A stretch of DNA of 35,341 nt from Candidatus Gastranaerophilales bacterium (GCA_028277195.1 JANQGS010000082.1:1-35341); one strand, 5' to 3'. Positions 7,093 to 16,338 are shown, numbered from the stretch's first letter. Translations and numbers: made by a program. Notes: generated by a model from the letters alone, not told the origin.

Positions 7093-9246
7093 ATGAGCAG
7101 AGAACTTGACTCCATTATGCGCCCTGAATCTGTTGCCGTGGTGGGGGCCTCAACAAGAGCGGGCACGGTAGGCAATGAAATAGTTTGCAAATTAAAGGAG
7201 TACGGCTTTAAAGGCAGGCTATACCCGATAAACCCGAAAGCAGGAGAGATTTGCGGAATAAAAGCGCTTGGCAGCGTTCTTGAAATACCTGAAAAAGTGG
7301 ACCTGGCAGTTATAGTAGTGGCAAAAGACATTGTTTTACCGGTCATAGACCAGTGTAACGAAAAGGGAATAAAAGGAATTGTCGTAGTATCAGCAGGATT
7401 TAAGGAAACGGGGGCAGAGGGAGCAAAACTGGAGCAGGAATTACTGGAAAAAATACGTCAATACGGAATGAGAATGGTGGGTCCGAACTGCCTGGGGGTT
7501 ATAAACACAGAAGAAAAAATTAAAATGGATGCTTCATTTGCTGACGCGCTTCCTTTATCGGGCAGCACAGCGTTCACGTCGCAATCAGGCGCTCTTGGGG
7601 CAGCCATTCTAAATATTTCAAAGGACTTTGACCTGGGCATAAGCCAGTTTGTTTCAATCGGCAATGCAGCCGACATTACCGCGGAAACCCTGCTCGACTA
7701 CTGGAAAGATGATGTTAATACTGACCAGGTGCTGCTGTATGTGGAATCTATAGCCAATCCGCAGGAATTTAGCAGGCTTTCCAAGCAATTAACAAAAGAA
7801 AAGCCTGTTCTTGCAATAAAAGCAGGCCGCTCCTCGGCAGGGGCATCAGCCGCATCCTCGCATACAGGTTCTCTCGCAGGGGCAGACCTTGCAGCAGACG
7901 CACTTTTAAAACAAAGCGGGGTTATAAGGGTAAATTCCCTTCTTGAAATGTTTGAAGTGGCCGAGGCTTTTGCCAACTGTCCTGTGCCGCGGGGCAAAAG
8001 GGTTGCGATTATGACCAATGCCGGGGGCCCGGGCATCATGGCAACTGACGCGGTTTGTGAATATGGCCTGGAAATGGCTGCGCTGGAAGAGGAAACAAAA
8101 AATTACATGAAAAGCTATCTCCCGGAAGCGGCCAGCGTGAAAAACCCGGTTGATATGATTGCCAGCGCGCCGCTCGAGCACTATCGGAATACACTTAAGG
8201 CCCTTATAAATGACGGGAATGTGGACGCAATAATGGTAATTTACCTGCCGTTAATGAATCTTGACCCCATAGATGTGTCTAAAACCGTTATGGATATAAA
8301 GGGACAATATCCTGAAAAGCCTATCGTAGCTGTAATAATGGGCAAAAATGAATTTTTCGACAAAATCAAGAAAATAGAAAAAAATATTCCCTTTTACCAG
8401 TACCCCGAGCCTGCCGCAAATGCCATGTCCAAACTCTATGCCCAGCGCAAATGGCAGCAAAGGCCCGTAGGCAAAGAACCTTTATATGAAGTGAACAGGG
8501 ATAAGGCCGCAGGAATTATATCAAAGGCCGTTTCAGAGAACAGGAGCCAGCTAACCACCCTGGAATCAATTGATGTGCTGGACGCTTACGGCATCAGGAC
8601 CTGTAAATACGCTTTTGCCGGGGACGTTGACGAGGCTGTGCGGGAAGCAAACAAAATCGGCTACCCAATCGTAATGAAAATAACGTCAGTAAAAATTTCC
8701 CATAAAACCGAAATAGGCGGCGTTATCGTCGGAATCAACAGTGAAGCTGAATTGAGAGATGAATACAGCGCCCTTCTCGGGAGATTAAGGGATAAAAACC
8801 TTGAGGATGCGCTCGACGGGGTGATAATACAGGAAATGGTCAAAGGCAGCCGGGAAATGGTTTGCGGTGTGGCTACAGACCCTCAGTACGGGCATTTAAT
8901 GATGTTCGGGCTTGGCGGGATATTTGTGGAAACCATAAAAGACGTTGCTTTCCGGGTAAACCCGGTAACAGACATTGATGTCAGGGAAATGGTGCAGTCA
9001 GTCAAGGCGTTCAAGATATTGCAGGGCTCAAGGGGGGAAAAACCGGCTAATATCCTTCAAATTGAAGAAACATTACTAAGATTATCCCAGCTTGTAAAGG
9101 ATTTTAGCTTTATTAAGGAGCTGGATATTAACCCTCTTAAGGTATCCGACAAAACAGGCGAGGGCATAGCGGTTGACGGGCGTATAGAGGTTGTCCCGGA
9201 AGAAGCCCTGAAAATTTTATCAGATGAAAGTATAATTTTGTTATGA
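7093..9246 (+). CDS. Acetate--CoA ligase family protein (ADP-forming acetyl-CoA synthetase, fused alpha/beta)
   Basis: 717 aa. It has an N-terminal CoA-binding domain (SVAVVGAS...GNEI...YPINPK), a succinyl-CoA-synthetase-like ligase domain (MVGPNCLGVINT, SQSGALG, HTGSLAG) and a C-terminal ATP-grasp (GYPIVMKI...HKTEIGGV). Confidence 0.9.
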   Translation: MSRELDSIMRPESVAVVGASTRAGTVGNEIVCKLKEYGFKGRLYPINPKAGEICGIKALGSVLEIPEKVDLAVIVVAKDIVLPVIDQCNEKGIKGIVVVSAGFKETGAEGAKLEQELLEKIRQYGMRMVGPNCLGVINTEEKIKMDASFADALPLSGSTAFTSQSGALGAAILNISKDFDLGISQFVSIGNAADITAETLLDYWKDDVNTDQVLLYVESIANPQEFSRLSKQLTKEKPVLAIKAGRSSAGASAASSHTGSLAGADLAADALLKQSGVIRVNSLLEMFEVAEAFANCPVPRGKRVAIMTNAGGPGIMATDAVCEYGLEMAALEEETKNYMKSYLPEAASVKNPVDMIASAPLEHYRNTLKALINDGNVDAIMVIYLPLMNLDPIDVSKTVMDIKGQYPEKPIVAVIMGKNEFFDKIKKIEKNIPFYQYPEPAANAMSKLYAQRKWQQRPVGKEPLYEVNRDKAAGIISKAVSENRSQLTTLESIDVLDAYGIRTCKYAFAGDVDEAVREANKIGYPIVMKITSVKISHKTEIGGVIVGINSEAELRDEYSALLGRLRDKNLEDALDGVIIQEMVKGSREMVCGVATDPQYGHLMMFGLGGIFVETIKDVAFRVNPVTDIDVREMVQSVKAFKILQGSRGEKPANILQIEETLLRLSQLVKDFSFIKELDINPLKVSDKTGEGIAVDGRIEVVPEEALKILSDESIILL

Positions 9247-10580
9247 ACATAAAAACCAAAGAGAGTATAAAGTTCCCTTACCTGGACAGGCCCGTAAGTT
9301 TCTATAACCTGGAAAACGGCCATACGATAATAATAGCGTATAAACCGGGCAAACTGGTTAACGTCAGTACCTGGATAAGAACAGGCTCAATAAACGAAAA
9401 CGATGAGATAACCGGGATTTCCCATTTCCTTGAGCACCTTATGTTCAAGGGCACACAAAAATACCCTGCCGGGGAATTTGACAGGATACTTGAGGCAAAA
9501 GGCGCTGTAGTTAACGCCGCTACCTGGAAGGATTACACTTTTTATTATGTAACCCTGCCCGGGGGCGAAAAAAACGAGAATTTAACCCGGGCTGTTGAGC
9601 TGCATGCTGATATGATGCTCAACCCGCTCCTGCCTGAGGAGGAGATAGGGGCTGCTTTTGACCCGGAAGACAATGATATTGAGGAAAAAAGGGAAAGGTT
9701 CGTTGTTATCGAGGAAATAAGAATGCGAGATGACAACCACTGGACAAAAACCTATGACGGGGTAAATAACCTCATGTACAGGGTGCACCCCTATAAAAGG
9801 GATGTAATAGGCACTGCCGAGGTTATAGCCACTGTGCCCGGGCAGGTAATTATGGATTATTATAAAAACTGGTACACCCCGGAAAACATGTGCACTATTG
9901 TGGTGGGTGATGTTGAGCCGGACGAGGTTTTTGAGCTTGTGAGGAAAAATTTTGTGTTCCCTGATGACAGGAAAACCCGAAAGGTTGAATATGAGCAGGA
10001 GCCTGAACAGCATGAGCCCAGGTATGTTGAGAGCACAAAGAAAAACATTAATACCGGCTTTCTTATTATGGGTTTTCACGGGCCAAACCCCAATAATTTA
10101 AAGGATAATATATGTGTTGATATTTTGAGTAACGTGCTAGGGGAGGGCAAAAGCTCAAGGTTTTACCAGAACCTCATAGAAAAACAGAAAGAACAGGTTT
10201 TTAATGTTGCGGGCTCTACCCAGTACGAATTCAGGGAGGGAAACATCTTTCTTGCGCAGGCAAACTTCATCCCCGAAAAAAAGGACCTGGCCCTGGAGCT
10301 TATAAAGCAGGAAATTAAAAAGGTTGGGGAGGAATATATTGGTGAGGCCGAGCTTAAAAAGGCTAAAAAGAGGTTAAAAGCCGGGTTTGCCGAGGAGTCG
10401 GAAACCGTTTCGGATATCGGGGAATTAATCGGCCACTGCGTTATAGTTTGCGGGGACACATCATGCCATGTAAACTATCTTGATGTGCTCGAAACCATAA
10501 CCCTGGAGGATGTTTTACGGGCCGCTAAAAAATACCTTGACCTCAATAAGGTATCAATTTCAGTGCTTATACCTGAATAG
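9243..10580 (+). CDS. M16-family zinc peptidase, catalytic subunit (insulinase/PqqL-like)
   Basis: 445 aa. Contains the inverted zincin motif HFLEHLMFKG (H-x-x-E-H). The ATG overlaps the upstream TGA (ATGA). Confidence 0.9.
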   Translation: MNIKTKESIKFPYLDRPVSFYNLENGHTIIIAYKPGKLVNVSTWIRTGSINENDEITGISHFLEHLMFKGTQKYPAGEFDRILEAKGAVVNAATWKDYTFYYVTLPGGEKNENLTRAVELHADMMLNPLLPEEEIGAAFDPEDNDIEEKRERFVVIEEIRMRDDNHWTKTYDGVNNLMYRVHPYKRDVIGTAEVIATVPGQVIMDYYKNWYTPENMCTIVVGDVEPDEVFELVRKNFVFPDDRKTRKVEYEQEPEQHEPRYVESTKKNINTGFLIMGFHGPNPNNLKDNICVDILSNVLGEGKSSRFYQNLIEKQKEQVFNVAGSTQYEFREGNIFLAQANFIPEKKDLALELIKQEIKKVGEEYIGEAELKKAKKRLKAGFAEESETVSDIGELIGHCVIVCGDTSCHVNYLDVLETITLEDVLRAAKKYLDLNKVSISVLIPE

Positions 10581-10629
10581 GCTGAAAAAATAGAGTGAAA
10601 TCAAATCCTAAATATGCTATATTACTAAT

Positions 10630-10845
10630 ATGAGCGTCCCGAAAGAAAAATTACATGAGCTTATAGAGCTTATTCCTGACGAAAAAAGTGAGGAAATTGT
10701 TGCTTACCTTGAAGCGCATGTTCAAAAAAAGCAAAAAAAGCAAAAAATTAACCCTTCTCAATATATAGGGATTTTGGCTGACTTAGATATTGATGTTGAG
10801 GAAGAATGTAAAAAAATGAGGAAAGAGTGGGAGGATAGGGAATAA
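10630..10845 (+). CDS. Hypothetical 71-aa acidic protein (antitoxin-like helical N-terminus)
   Basis: The ORF sits between the two M16 genes. KLHELIELIPDEKSEEIVAYLE resembles the small DUF2281-like / antitoxin-type N-termini I recall. It has a KKQKKQK linker and an acidic tail. There is no SD; TATATT lies about 11 nt upstream, so the mRNA may have a very short leader. Confidence 0.4.
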   Translation: MSVPKEKLHELIELIPDEKSEEIVAYLEAHVQKKQKKQKINPSQYIGILADLDIDVEEECKKMRKEWEDRE

Positions 10846-10858
10846 ATAAGGAGAAGCA

Positions 10859-12106
10859 ATGAATTCCTTTAATACAGACAGATTAAGCAATAATATAAAA
10901 GTCATAACCCGCTATAATCCGAAGACCCCCAGAATTGCCCTGAACCTCTATATGGCCTCGGGCGCAAAATATGAAAAACTCGCGGGAACATCAAACCTCC
11001 TCGCCAGGCTGCTGCTCCAGGGTACAACCTCAAGAACTGCCGAAGAAATAGCCAATGAGCTTGACTCCAACGCAATAGAGCTCGGGATTGAGTCAAAACA
11101 GGACTACCTGAGGTGCAGGTCCCTATTTTTAAACGAGGATTTTGAAAAAGCGGTTGAGCTGCTTGAGGAGGTTATAAAAAATTCAACTTTTGAAAACCTG
11201 GAAAAAGAAGCAATGAAGTTCTCGGGCGAACTTAAACTTGAGCTGGACTCGCCTAAAACACAGGCTTTTGATAACCTTATCAGGACAATTTTTAAAAACC
11301 ACTCATACGGGCATTCTCATACAATAATACTCGAAACCCTGCCCTCAATAAAAAAACAGGACGTGCTTGAATACTACGTAAACACCTCATTTATCCCGGA
11401 AAACATGCTGTTTACGGTAGTTGGAGACATAAAGAGAGAGGAAGTTATAAGCACTCTCGAGGAAAAATTCGGTTCAATACCCCATAAAGCACCGCTGGTT
11501 AAAGAAATTCAACCCCTGGAAATACCCGGGAATAAAATGGTGGTAATTCCCAGCCAGGAAGCTGCTCAGGCACAAATAATACAGGGATGGCTCGGCCCGG
11601 GTATTTCCGACGAGGATTACCCGGCCATTCTGCTTCTTAATACTATTTTAGGCTCAAGCGGCCTGAGCTCAAGGCTTTTTGTGGAACTAAGGGATAAAAA
11701 AGGGCTTGCATACCACGTGAGAAGCAGTATTGAGGCCCTTAAGCACCTGGGATTGCTCACTGTTTACATAGGCACAGCCCCGCATAACATTGAAACATGC
11801 CTTGAGGGATTTGAAACTGAAATAAATAAACTCAAGCAGGAAAAAATTTCCGATAGCGAGTTGAATAACGCAAAAACCAATTACCTGGGCAAACGCGCAT
11901 TCCTCCATGAAACCAACGCCCAGCAGGCATATTACCTCGGATACTTTGATATAATGGGTATAGGGGCTGAGTTTGACAGCAGGCTGGAGGAAAAAATCCG
12001 CACTGTTACGGCAGAAGACATAAAAAACGCCGCGAACAGGTTCTTTTCCAAAAATTCGGTAATATCAATACTGGCACAGGAAGAGTCCTGCCCTATACAT
12101 GAATGA
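10859..12106 (+). CDS. M16-family peptidase, non-catalytic partner subunit
   Basis: 415 aa with the M16 fold pattern. The H-x-x-E-H position reads NLLARLLLQG, so it has no zinc ligands. Strong SD AAGGAG. Confidence 0.85.
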   Translation: MNSFNTDRLSNNIKVITRYNPKTPRIALNLYMASGAKYEKLAGTSNLLARLLLQGTTSRTAEEIANELDSNAIELGIESKQDYLRCRSLFLNEDFEKAVELLEEVIKNSTFENLEKEAMKFSGELKLELDSPKTQAFDNLIRTIFKNHSYGHSHTIILETLPSIKKQDVLEYYVNTSFIPENMLFTVVGDIKREEVISTLEEKFGSIPHKAPLVKEIQPLEIPGNKMVVIPSQEAAQAQIIQGWLGPGISDEDYPAILLLNTILGSSGLSSRLFVELRDKKGLAYHVRSSIEALKHLGLLTVYIGTAPHNIETCLEGFETEINKLKQEKISDSELNNAKTNYLGKRAFLHETNAQQAYYLGYFDIMGIGAEFDSRLEEKIRTVTAEDIKNAANRFFSKNSVISILAQEESCPIHE

Positions 12107-12158
12107 GTTTGAATTTTTGAAAACCCGGTAAAATCATTTTTAGCCCGTCAAATTTGCG

Positions 12159-13484
12159 TTAAGCCTGTTTAGCGAGTTCTTTCAACTTTTTATTTATGTA
12201 CCTGCCTATCACGTCAAGGCCCAGGCCTGTTACAATGCTGATTGGTATTACTATCGGGCCGTTAATCGCCATCATCATAGTCACCATCCAGACTCCGAGT
12301 CCGCCAACTATAGCTATGCCGCCGTTCTTAATGAAATTATCTTTCTTTTCCTCGGGGGTTTGGCCTTTCATGGTGTTTCTGGTGAGTATACCGCCTGCAA
12401 TAAGAGGAACGAACATCTCGGTCATACCCGCGCCCAGAGATAAGTCGCGTACACGTCCGGCATAGCCTTCCACCTCAAACTTCCTGGCGTCTTTATAGCC
12501 TTTAACTATTTTTTCCAGTGATTTTATGGATTGTTCGGACACCCCTGACGGAGGTTTTTTAAGTATACCTTCCAGTGTTTCTATTAAGTCACCGATGCCT
12601 TTTGTCCCGTTAATTTCCCCTTCGAGCGACTTTTTGACAGCGCCGTTCCACCTGTCCATTATAAGGTCATTGCCTTTTCTTATCTCGCCCATGGCATTTT
12701 TGCCCCCTGAAAACAGGCTGGACCAGAATTCTTTTTTGAAAATATGACCCCTGGGGAAATAATCACTGTTAATGCCCCTGGCAAAACTATCAACTGTAGT
12801 ATCAATGTTCCCCAGCCTGCTGTCTAGCCCCCTGACAAGCTCATCCCCGTGCTTGCCTGACAATAAGCTACTTATAGCTTGCCTTTGTTTTCCGGAGAGC
12901 TTGCTCTCAAGTTCCCTGAGAGCGGGCTCTGATGATTTGAGGTTTTTATTCCATCCTTTCCACTTTGGTTTTAGTTTCCAGTTCCTGGGGAACCAGGCGG
13001 TACTCCTGCTAAAGTCAGCTATTTTATGGCCGCCAACAAACCGCAAGCCCTGGAAGGTCCTGTATATGAAATTATCCTTGATTTTATCGCCGTTAAACGC
13101 ATATCCCAGGGTTTTCCCCGCATATCCTTTCGCTTTTTCAGCCAGCGTAAGTGTTCCATTTACAGCCTTTATTTCCCTTAAGTTTTTATAGCTATCAAAA
13201 ACCGCTTTCCTGAATTGTTCATAACGTCCCCTGCTCAGGAAAATGCCTATCCCCCCGACTAAGAGCGTTGTTGCCGCGGCTGCGGTATATTTAAAGGCTT
13301 TTGTGTGCGGGTCTTTCAGGTCATTTTTATAATTATTCCAGCGTTCCCTGGGGCTGAGAGTGACACGGTCCTCCTCAGTCCTGCTCCCGGGGGTTGATTT
13401 AAGGGTCCGGACGTAGTCATTATTAAGAATAGGCGCAAAAGCCTGCGTATTCTGCAATTTATTTATAATCGAATTTTCCATCAT
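12159..13484 (-). CDS. Hypothetical basic membrane protein (441 aa), paralog-like to the upstream gene
   Basis: Has an N-proximal hydrophobic helix (AAAATTLLVGGIGIFL). This is followed by a K/R/W-rich soluble region of about 270 aa (WFPRNWKLKPKWKGWNKN). It ends with C-terminal hydrophobic segments (GAGMTEMFVPLIAGGIL; GGIAIVGGLGVWMVTMMMAINGPIVIPISIVTGLGL). The ATG overlaps the upstream TGA (ATGA at 13481-13484). Confidence 0.7.
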   Translation of the reverse strand: MMENSIINKLQNTQAFAPILNNDYVRTLKSTPGSRTEEDRVTLSPRERWNNYKNDLKDPHTKAFKYTAAAATTLLVGGIGIFLSRGRYEQFRKAVFDSYKNLREIKAVNGTLTLAEKAKGYAGKTLGYAFNGDKIKDNFIYRTFQGLRFVGGHKIADFSRSTAWFPRNWKLKPKWKGWNKNLKSSEPALRELESKLSGKQRQAISSLLSGKHGDELVRGLDSRLGNIDTTVDSFARGINSDYFPRGHIFKKEFWSSLFSGGKNAMGEIRKGNDLIMDRWNGAVKKSLEGEINGTKGIGDLIETLEGILKKPPSGVSEQSIKSLEKIVKGYKDARKFEVEGYAGRVRDLSLGAGMTEMFVPLIAGGILTRNTMKGQTPEEKKDNFIKNGGIAIVGGLGVWMVTMMMAINGPIVIPISIVTGLGLDVIGRYINKKLKELAKQA

Positions 13485-15172
13485 ACGCCATACCTTTCTG
13501 CCATTTTATCAACTTTGGCTATGACTGTATTTAGTCTTTCGATTGTTTCCGGGGGAGTCTCATTTATAGGCTCGGGCACGGCATAATAACTCTTCCGGCC
13601 CGTCAATAAACTTCTTGAGCCGATCCCCTGCGTGGGAATCGGACTATAACTGCCTGTAGTCTGCAACCGGTTCATATATGACTCCACCATTGGCGGCGGG
13701 TCTGAATTTTGCGCCAGACCCCTTCGGTTAATTCTGTTAAGGTATTGTTGAACCATAGGGGGTGGGGGAGTATTTATATTATTGGAGATTGTTTCCTCAG
13801 GTTCTGTTTTTCCTTCTTTTTCAGCTTTTTCCTTTTCTTTTTCCGCCTGTTCTTCCTGCTCCTCCCTTATGGTTTTCTGGGATTTGCCAAAGAGCATGTG
13901 CGAGAGCTTTATAGATAAATCACCAACAATAAAAAATCCGGTAAACATCAGGGCTATTCTCATTATTCCGCCAAAGGAACTCCTTAATAATGATGACTGT
14001 GCTTTTTCCAGTCCCATACCGAAAAACCTGCCTATCCCGCGTACAGGTGCGAGCCATTTTGACTGGCCGGCTCCCTGTAAACCGCCCAAAGTACCGTAAA
14101 TCGCCTGGACTGTCTTATCCATTAAAGCAAATGGCAGAACATCACCCAGAAATCCTTCCATAAAAGTGGAGACTTTATCGCCCTTTTCGGCTTTTATGGT
14201 CTGGTGAATGGTATTACCCAGGAAAGCCGCCGAAATAAGCGTCATACCAGGACCCAATATCTTGTTATTCCTGAGATAATGCAGGTTAAAGTAGTCGTTA
14301 GTGTGCTTATACAAACCTCTTAAGGTCCTTGAAAAGACTGTTTTCCCTTTTCCTCCAGCGTTTAGTCCGGCTGCGGCATTTATCTGGTTTAAAGTTTTTT
14401 GTACCCCCTTAGAAGGACTATTTCCTATAATTTTTTTAAACTCGTCAAGCGCATCATCCCATCTGTAAGACCTGTTACTTGACCATCTTCCCATGAGGTC
14501 GTTAAGCCGGGCTGCTTTTTTGCCTTCCGCTCTCATCAGGTCAAGGGCTTTTTGGGCTTTTTTATTGAATTTTCCTTTTGCCCTCAAGCGTCTTTCTATT
14601 TCATTTAAATTCTTTTTACTCTTAACGTCTTGCAGGAGTCGTTCAATGTCCTTGTCTATCCAGGGCCCAAAACCTTGCAGTGCTCTTTTTGCTTTATTAA
14701 AGGGCTTCATTGCCTGTCCGAGCAGGGAATCTACTATTTGTCCCTCTTTTGGCCTGCTATACATTATAGCCATACCGTTTTTAGGCTGGACATCATGCCA
14801 GTGGCGCTTAAAATGCTCTACAAGCCCCTTAAACGGGCTGTAAGCGGCTTTTGCCGCGGAGCTGCCTTTAATGCCCTGCCAGCCTCTTTCAATAGCATCA
14901 CTCGCCCTTTGCAGGGTATTATTATTATCTATCCGGTCTAAGAAACTCTGGAAAGCCCTGGTGTTAACCAGCTTTTCATTCCCCAGGTAAGCCGCTACCG
15001 ACGCGATTGCGCCGTAAAGAGTGGCAAACATGGCGTCTTTAACATTAAACATATCCTCGGCAACCCTGCTCACAGGGTTATCCTGAAGGGTTTCCCTTAC
15101 GGGTACAACCCCGGGAGTATTCACTTGCGGCGGTAGAGCGCCGTAGTTTATATTTGGGTTTAAATCCGGCAT
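13481..15172 (-). CDS. Hypothetical basic membrane protein (563 aa) with E/K-rich and Pro-motif C-terminal tail
   Basis: Same architecture as the downstream gene. It has an N-proximal helix (AMFATLYGAIASVAAYLG), a basic region of about 240 aa, and hydrophobic segments (GPGMTLISAAFLG; FGGIMRIALMFTGFFIVG). The tail then reads EEQEEQAEKEKEKAEKEGK followed by two PPPMV-x-x-Y-x-NR repeats. Confidence 0.7.
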   Translation of the reverse strand: MPDLNPNINYGALPPQVNTPGVVPVRETLQDNPVSRVAEDMFNVKDAMFATLYGAIASVAAYLGNEKLVNTRAFQSFLDRIDNNNTLQRASDAIERGWQGIKGSSAAKAAYSPFKGLVEHFKRHWHDVQPKNGMAIMYSRPKEGQIVDSLLGQAMKPFNKAKRALQGFGPWIDKDIERLLQDVKSKKNLNEIERRLRAKGKFNKKAQKALDLMRAEGKKAARLNDLMGRWSSNRSYRWDDALDEFKKIIGNSPSKGVQKTLNQINAAAGLNAGGKGKTVFSRTLRGLYKHTNDYFNLHYLRNNKILGPGMTLISAAFLGNTIHQTIKAEKGDKVSTFMEGFLGDVLPFALMDKTVQAIYGTLGGLQGAGQSKWLAPVRGIGRFFGMGLEKAQSSLLRSSFGGIMRIALMFTGFFIVGDLSIKLSHMLFGKSQKTIREEQEEQAEKEKEKAEKEGKTEPEETISNNINTPPPPMVQQYLNRINRRGLAQNSDPPPMVESYMNRLQTTGSYSPIPTQGIGSRSLLTGRKSYYAVPEPINETPPETIERLNTVIAKVDKMAERYGV

Positions 15173-15230
15173 TTGTAAATAGGCTTCCTGAGGTTTTTGA
15201 GCACATAACTTCCTATATAAATAAAGTCAT

Positions 15231-15244
15231 TTTTCCCGGGAAAA
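15231..15244. promoter_or_regulatory. Perfect 14-bp palindrome TTTTCCCGGGAAAA in a divergent intergenic region (candidate operator)
   Basis: Read directly from the sequence. It lies 59 nt upstream of the 563-aa gene start (15172), in the 215-nt gap shared with the divergent gene at 15388. Confidence 0.3.
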
Positions 15245-15387
15245 TTGCCTTATTTTAAGAAATTTTCAATTATTTACGCATTTAACATTACAAACCGTAA
15301 CAATTTTGCCCGGAATCATTAAGCAGGGCACAAAAATATCCGACATGTCATATTACACGGAGAGTTTCGGGCACGAGAGAGTTTTAT

Positions 15388-16338
15388 ATGATTACACTTG
15401 ATACAAATTTAACTGTACAATCCTCCTCTTTTTATTATCTTCTCAATAAACTGAGAAGGAAATACGGTTATACGAACAAAAATATTGACAGCTACACCGA
15501 GGCTTATGCCGCAAAAGGTATTCCCCGGGCAAACCAGGCTGAAAAAACAGAGGAAGTGAGCGGGGTAAATGATGTAAAAGCAAAGGAAAACCTTGATTAT
15601 GAGAAATTAATAGAGGACTTAAAGCTCAACCTCCCGGAAAACAGGTTTGCAATACTTTTGCTGCTCCCGCGCTCCGAATTGTTTGAAATGCTGGAGTTGC
15701 TCGGGAAGGAAAAACTTTTAAACGGGCTCAAATTTTTTACAAAAGAAAAATTAATGACGTTAATTGCCGGTTTGCCCAAAAAAGAGCTTTTAAAAATGCT
15801 CTTTGAAATGTTCACAAACCCCTCACAGTTAATAGAAAACCTTCCTACAAAAGAGCTTTACCTGTTTTTACGCAGCGATAAAATTGAAAAAGGGCATTTT
15901 ATGAAGATGTTTGAGCTTATGCCCCACAAGACCCTCTCTACGATTGCCGGGTACCTGACAAAGAAAAATTGCAAGGATATGTCAAAAAAAGAACTTTTAC
16001 ATGAAATCAAGGGATTTGAAAAATTCCATATAATCGACAGTTTCAGAAAACTCGATGATAAGAGCCTGCGCAATTTTATAACAACAATGACCGACTCATA
16101 CCCGAAGCTGTACAATGAATTCTCCCATCTTGCCCTTTTTAACGTGGCGAACAGGTTTGCAAAAATCGACCTGATTGAGTCAATGATAGTTATTGATGAA
16201 TCAAAAATAATGAATATGCTGGCCGAGTTGCCTGACAAGCTGCTTGCTCTCACGGTTTCCCAGATAGACCCGGAAGTTTTTGCCGCGCTGCTTTTAAATG
16301 ATTACCAGGAAATTTTAGCCGGGCTGGTTTTGGGGTAG
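15388..16338 (+). CDS. Hypothetical helical-repeat protein (FliG / MgtE-N-like repeats by eye)
   Basis: 316 aa. It has at least five iterations of a ~30-aa helical unit around L-P-x-x-E-L-(L/F)-x-M-L: LPRSELFEMLELL, LPKKELLKMLFEM, LPTKELYLFL, MPHKTLSTIAGYL, LPDKLLALTVSQI. SD GAGAG lies upstream. Confidence 0.65.
   Translation: MITLDTNLTVQSSSFYYLLNKLRRKYGYTNKNIDSYTEAYAAKGIPRANQAEKTEEVSGVNDVKAKENLDYEKLIEDLKLNLPENRFAILLLLPRSELFEMLELLGKEKLLNGLKFFTKEKLMTLIAGLPKKELLKMLFEMFTNPSQLIENLPTKELYLFLRSDKIEKGHFMKMFELMPHKTLSTIAGYLTKKNCKDMSKKELLHEIKGFEKFHIIDSFRKLDDKSLRNFITTMTDSYPKLYNEFSHLALFNVANRFAKIDLIESMIVIDESKIMNMLAELPDKLLALTVSQIDPEVFAALLLNDYQEILAGLVLG

Noticed and set aside
10723-10747. Triple CAAAAAAAG-like repeat (encoding KKQKKQK), considered as a slipped-strand element.
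   Set aside because: The unit is 9 nt, so slippage stays in frame. It is only three imperfect copies inside a basic linker and is most likely just low-complexity coding sequence.
14339-14359. AGGKGKT in the 563-aa protein, considered as a Walker A / P-loop.
   Set aside because: It does not fit G/A-x4-GK[ST]: the residue five positions before the GKT Gly is Asn. There is no Walker B or other NTPase context.
12196-14941. Series of plus-strand ORFs (12196-12465, 12526-12747, 12772-13191, 13709-13918, 13782-14099, 14493-14843, 14630-14941) opposite the two large unknown genes.
   Set aside because: They are fragmented and mutually overlapping, with Ser/Pro/Phe-rich translations. The long uninterrupted minus-strand frames, with ATGA coupling, are far more credible.
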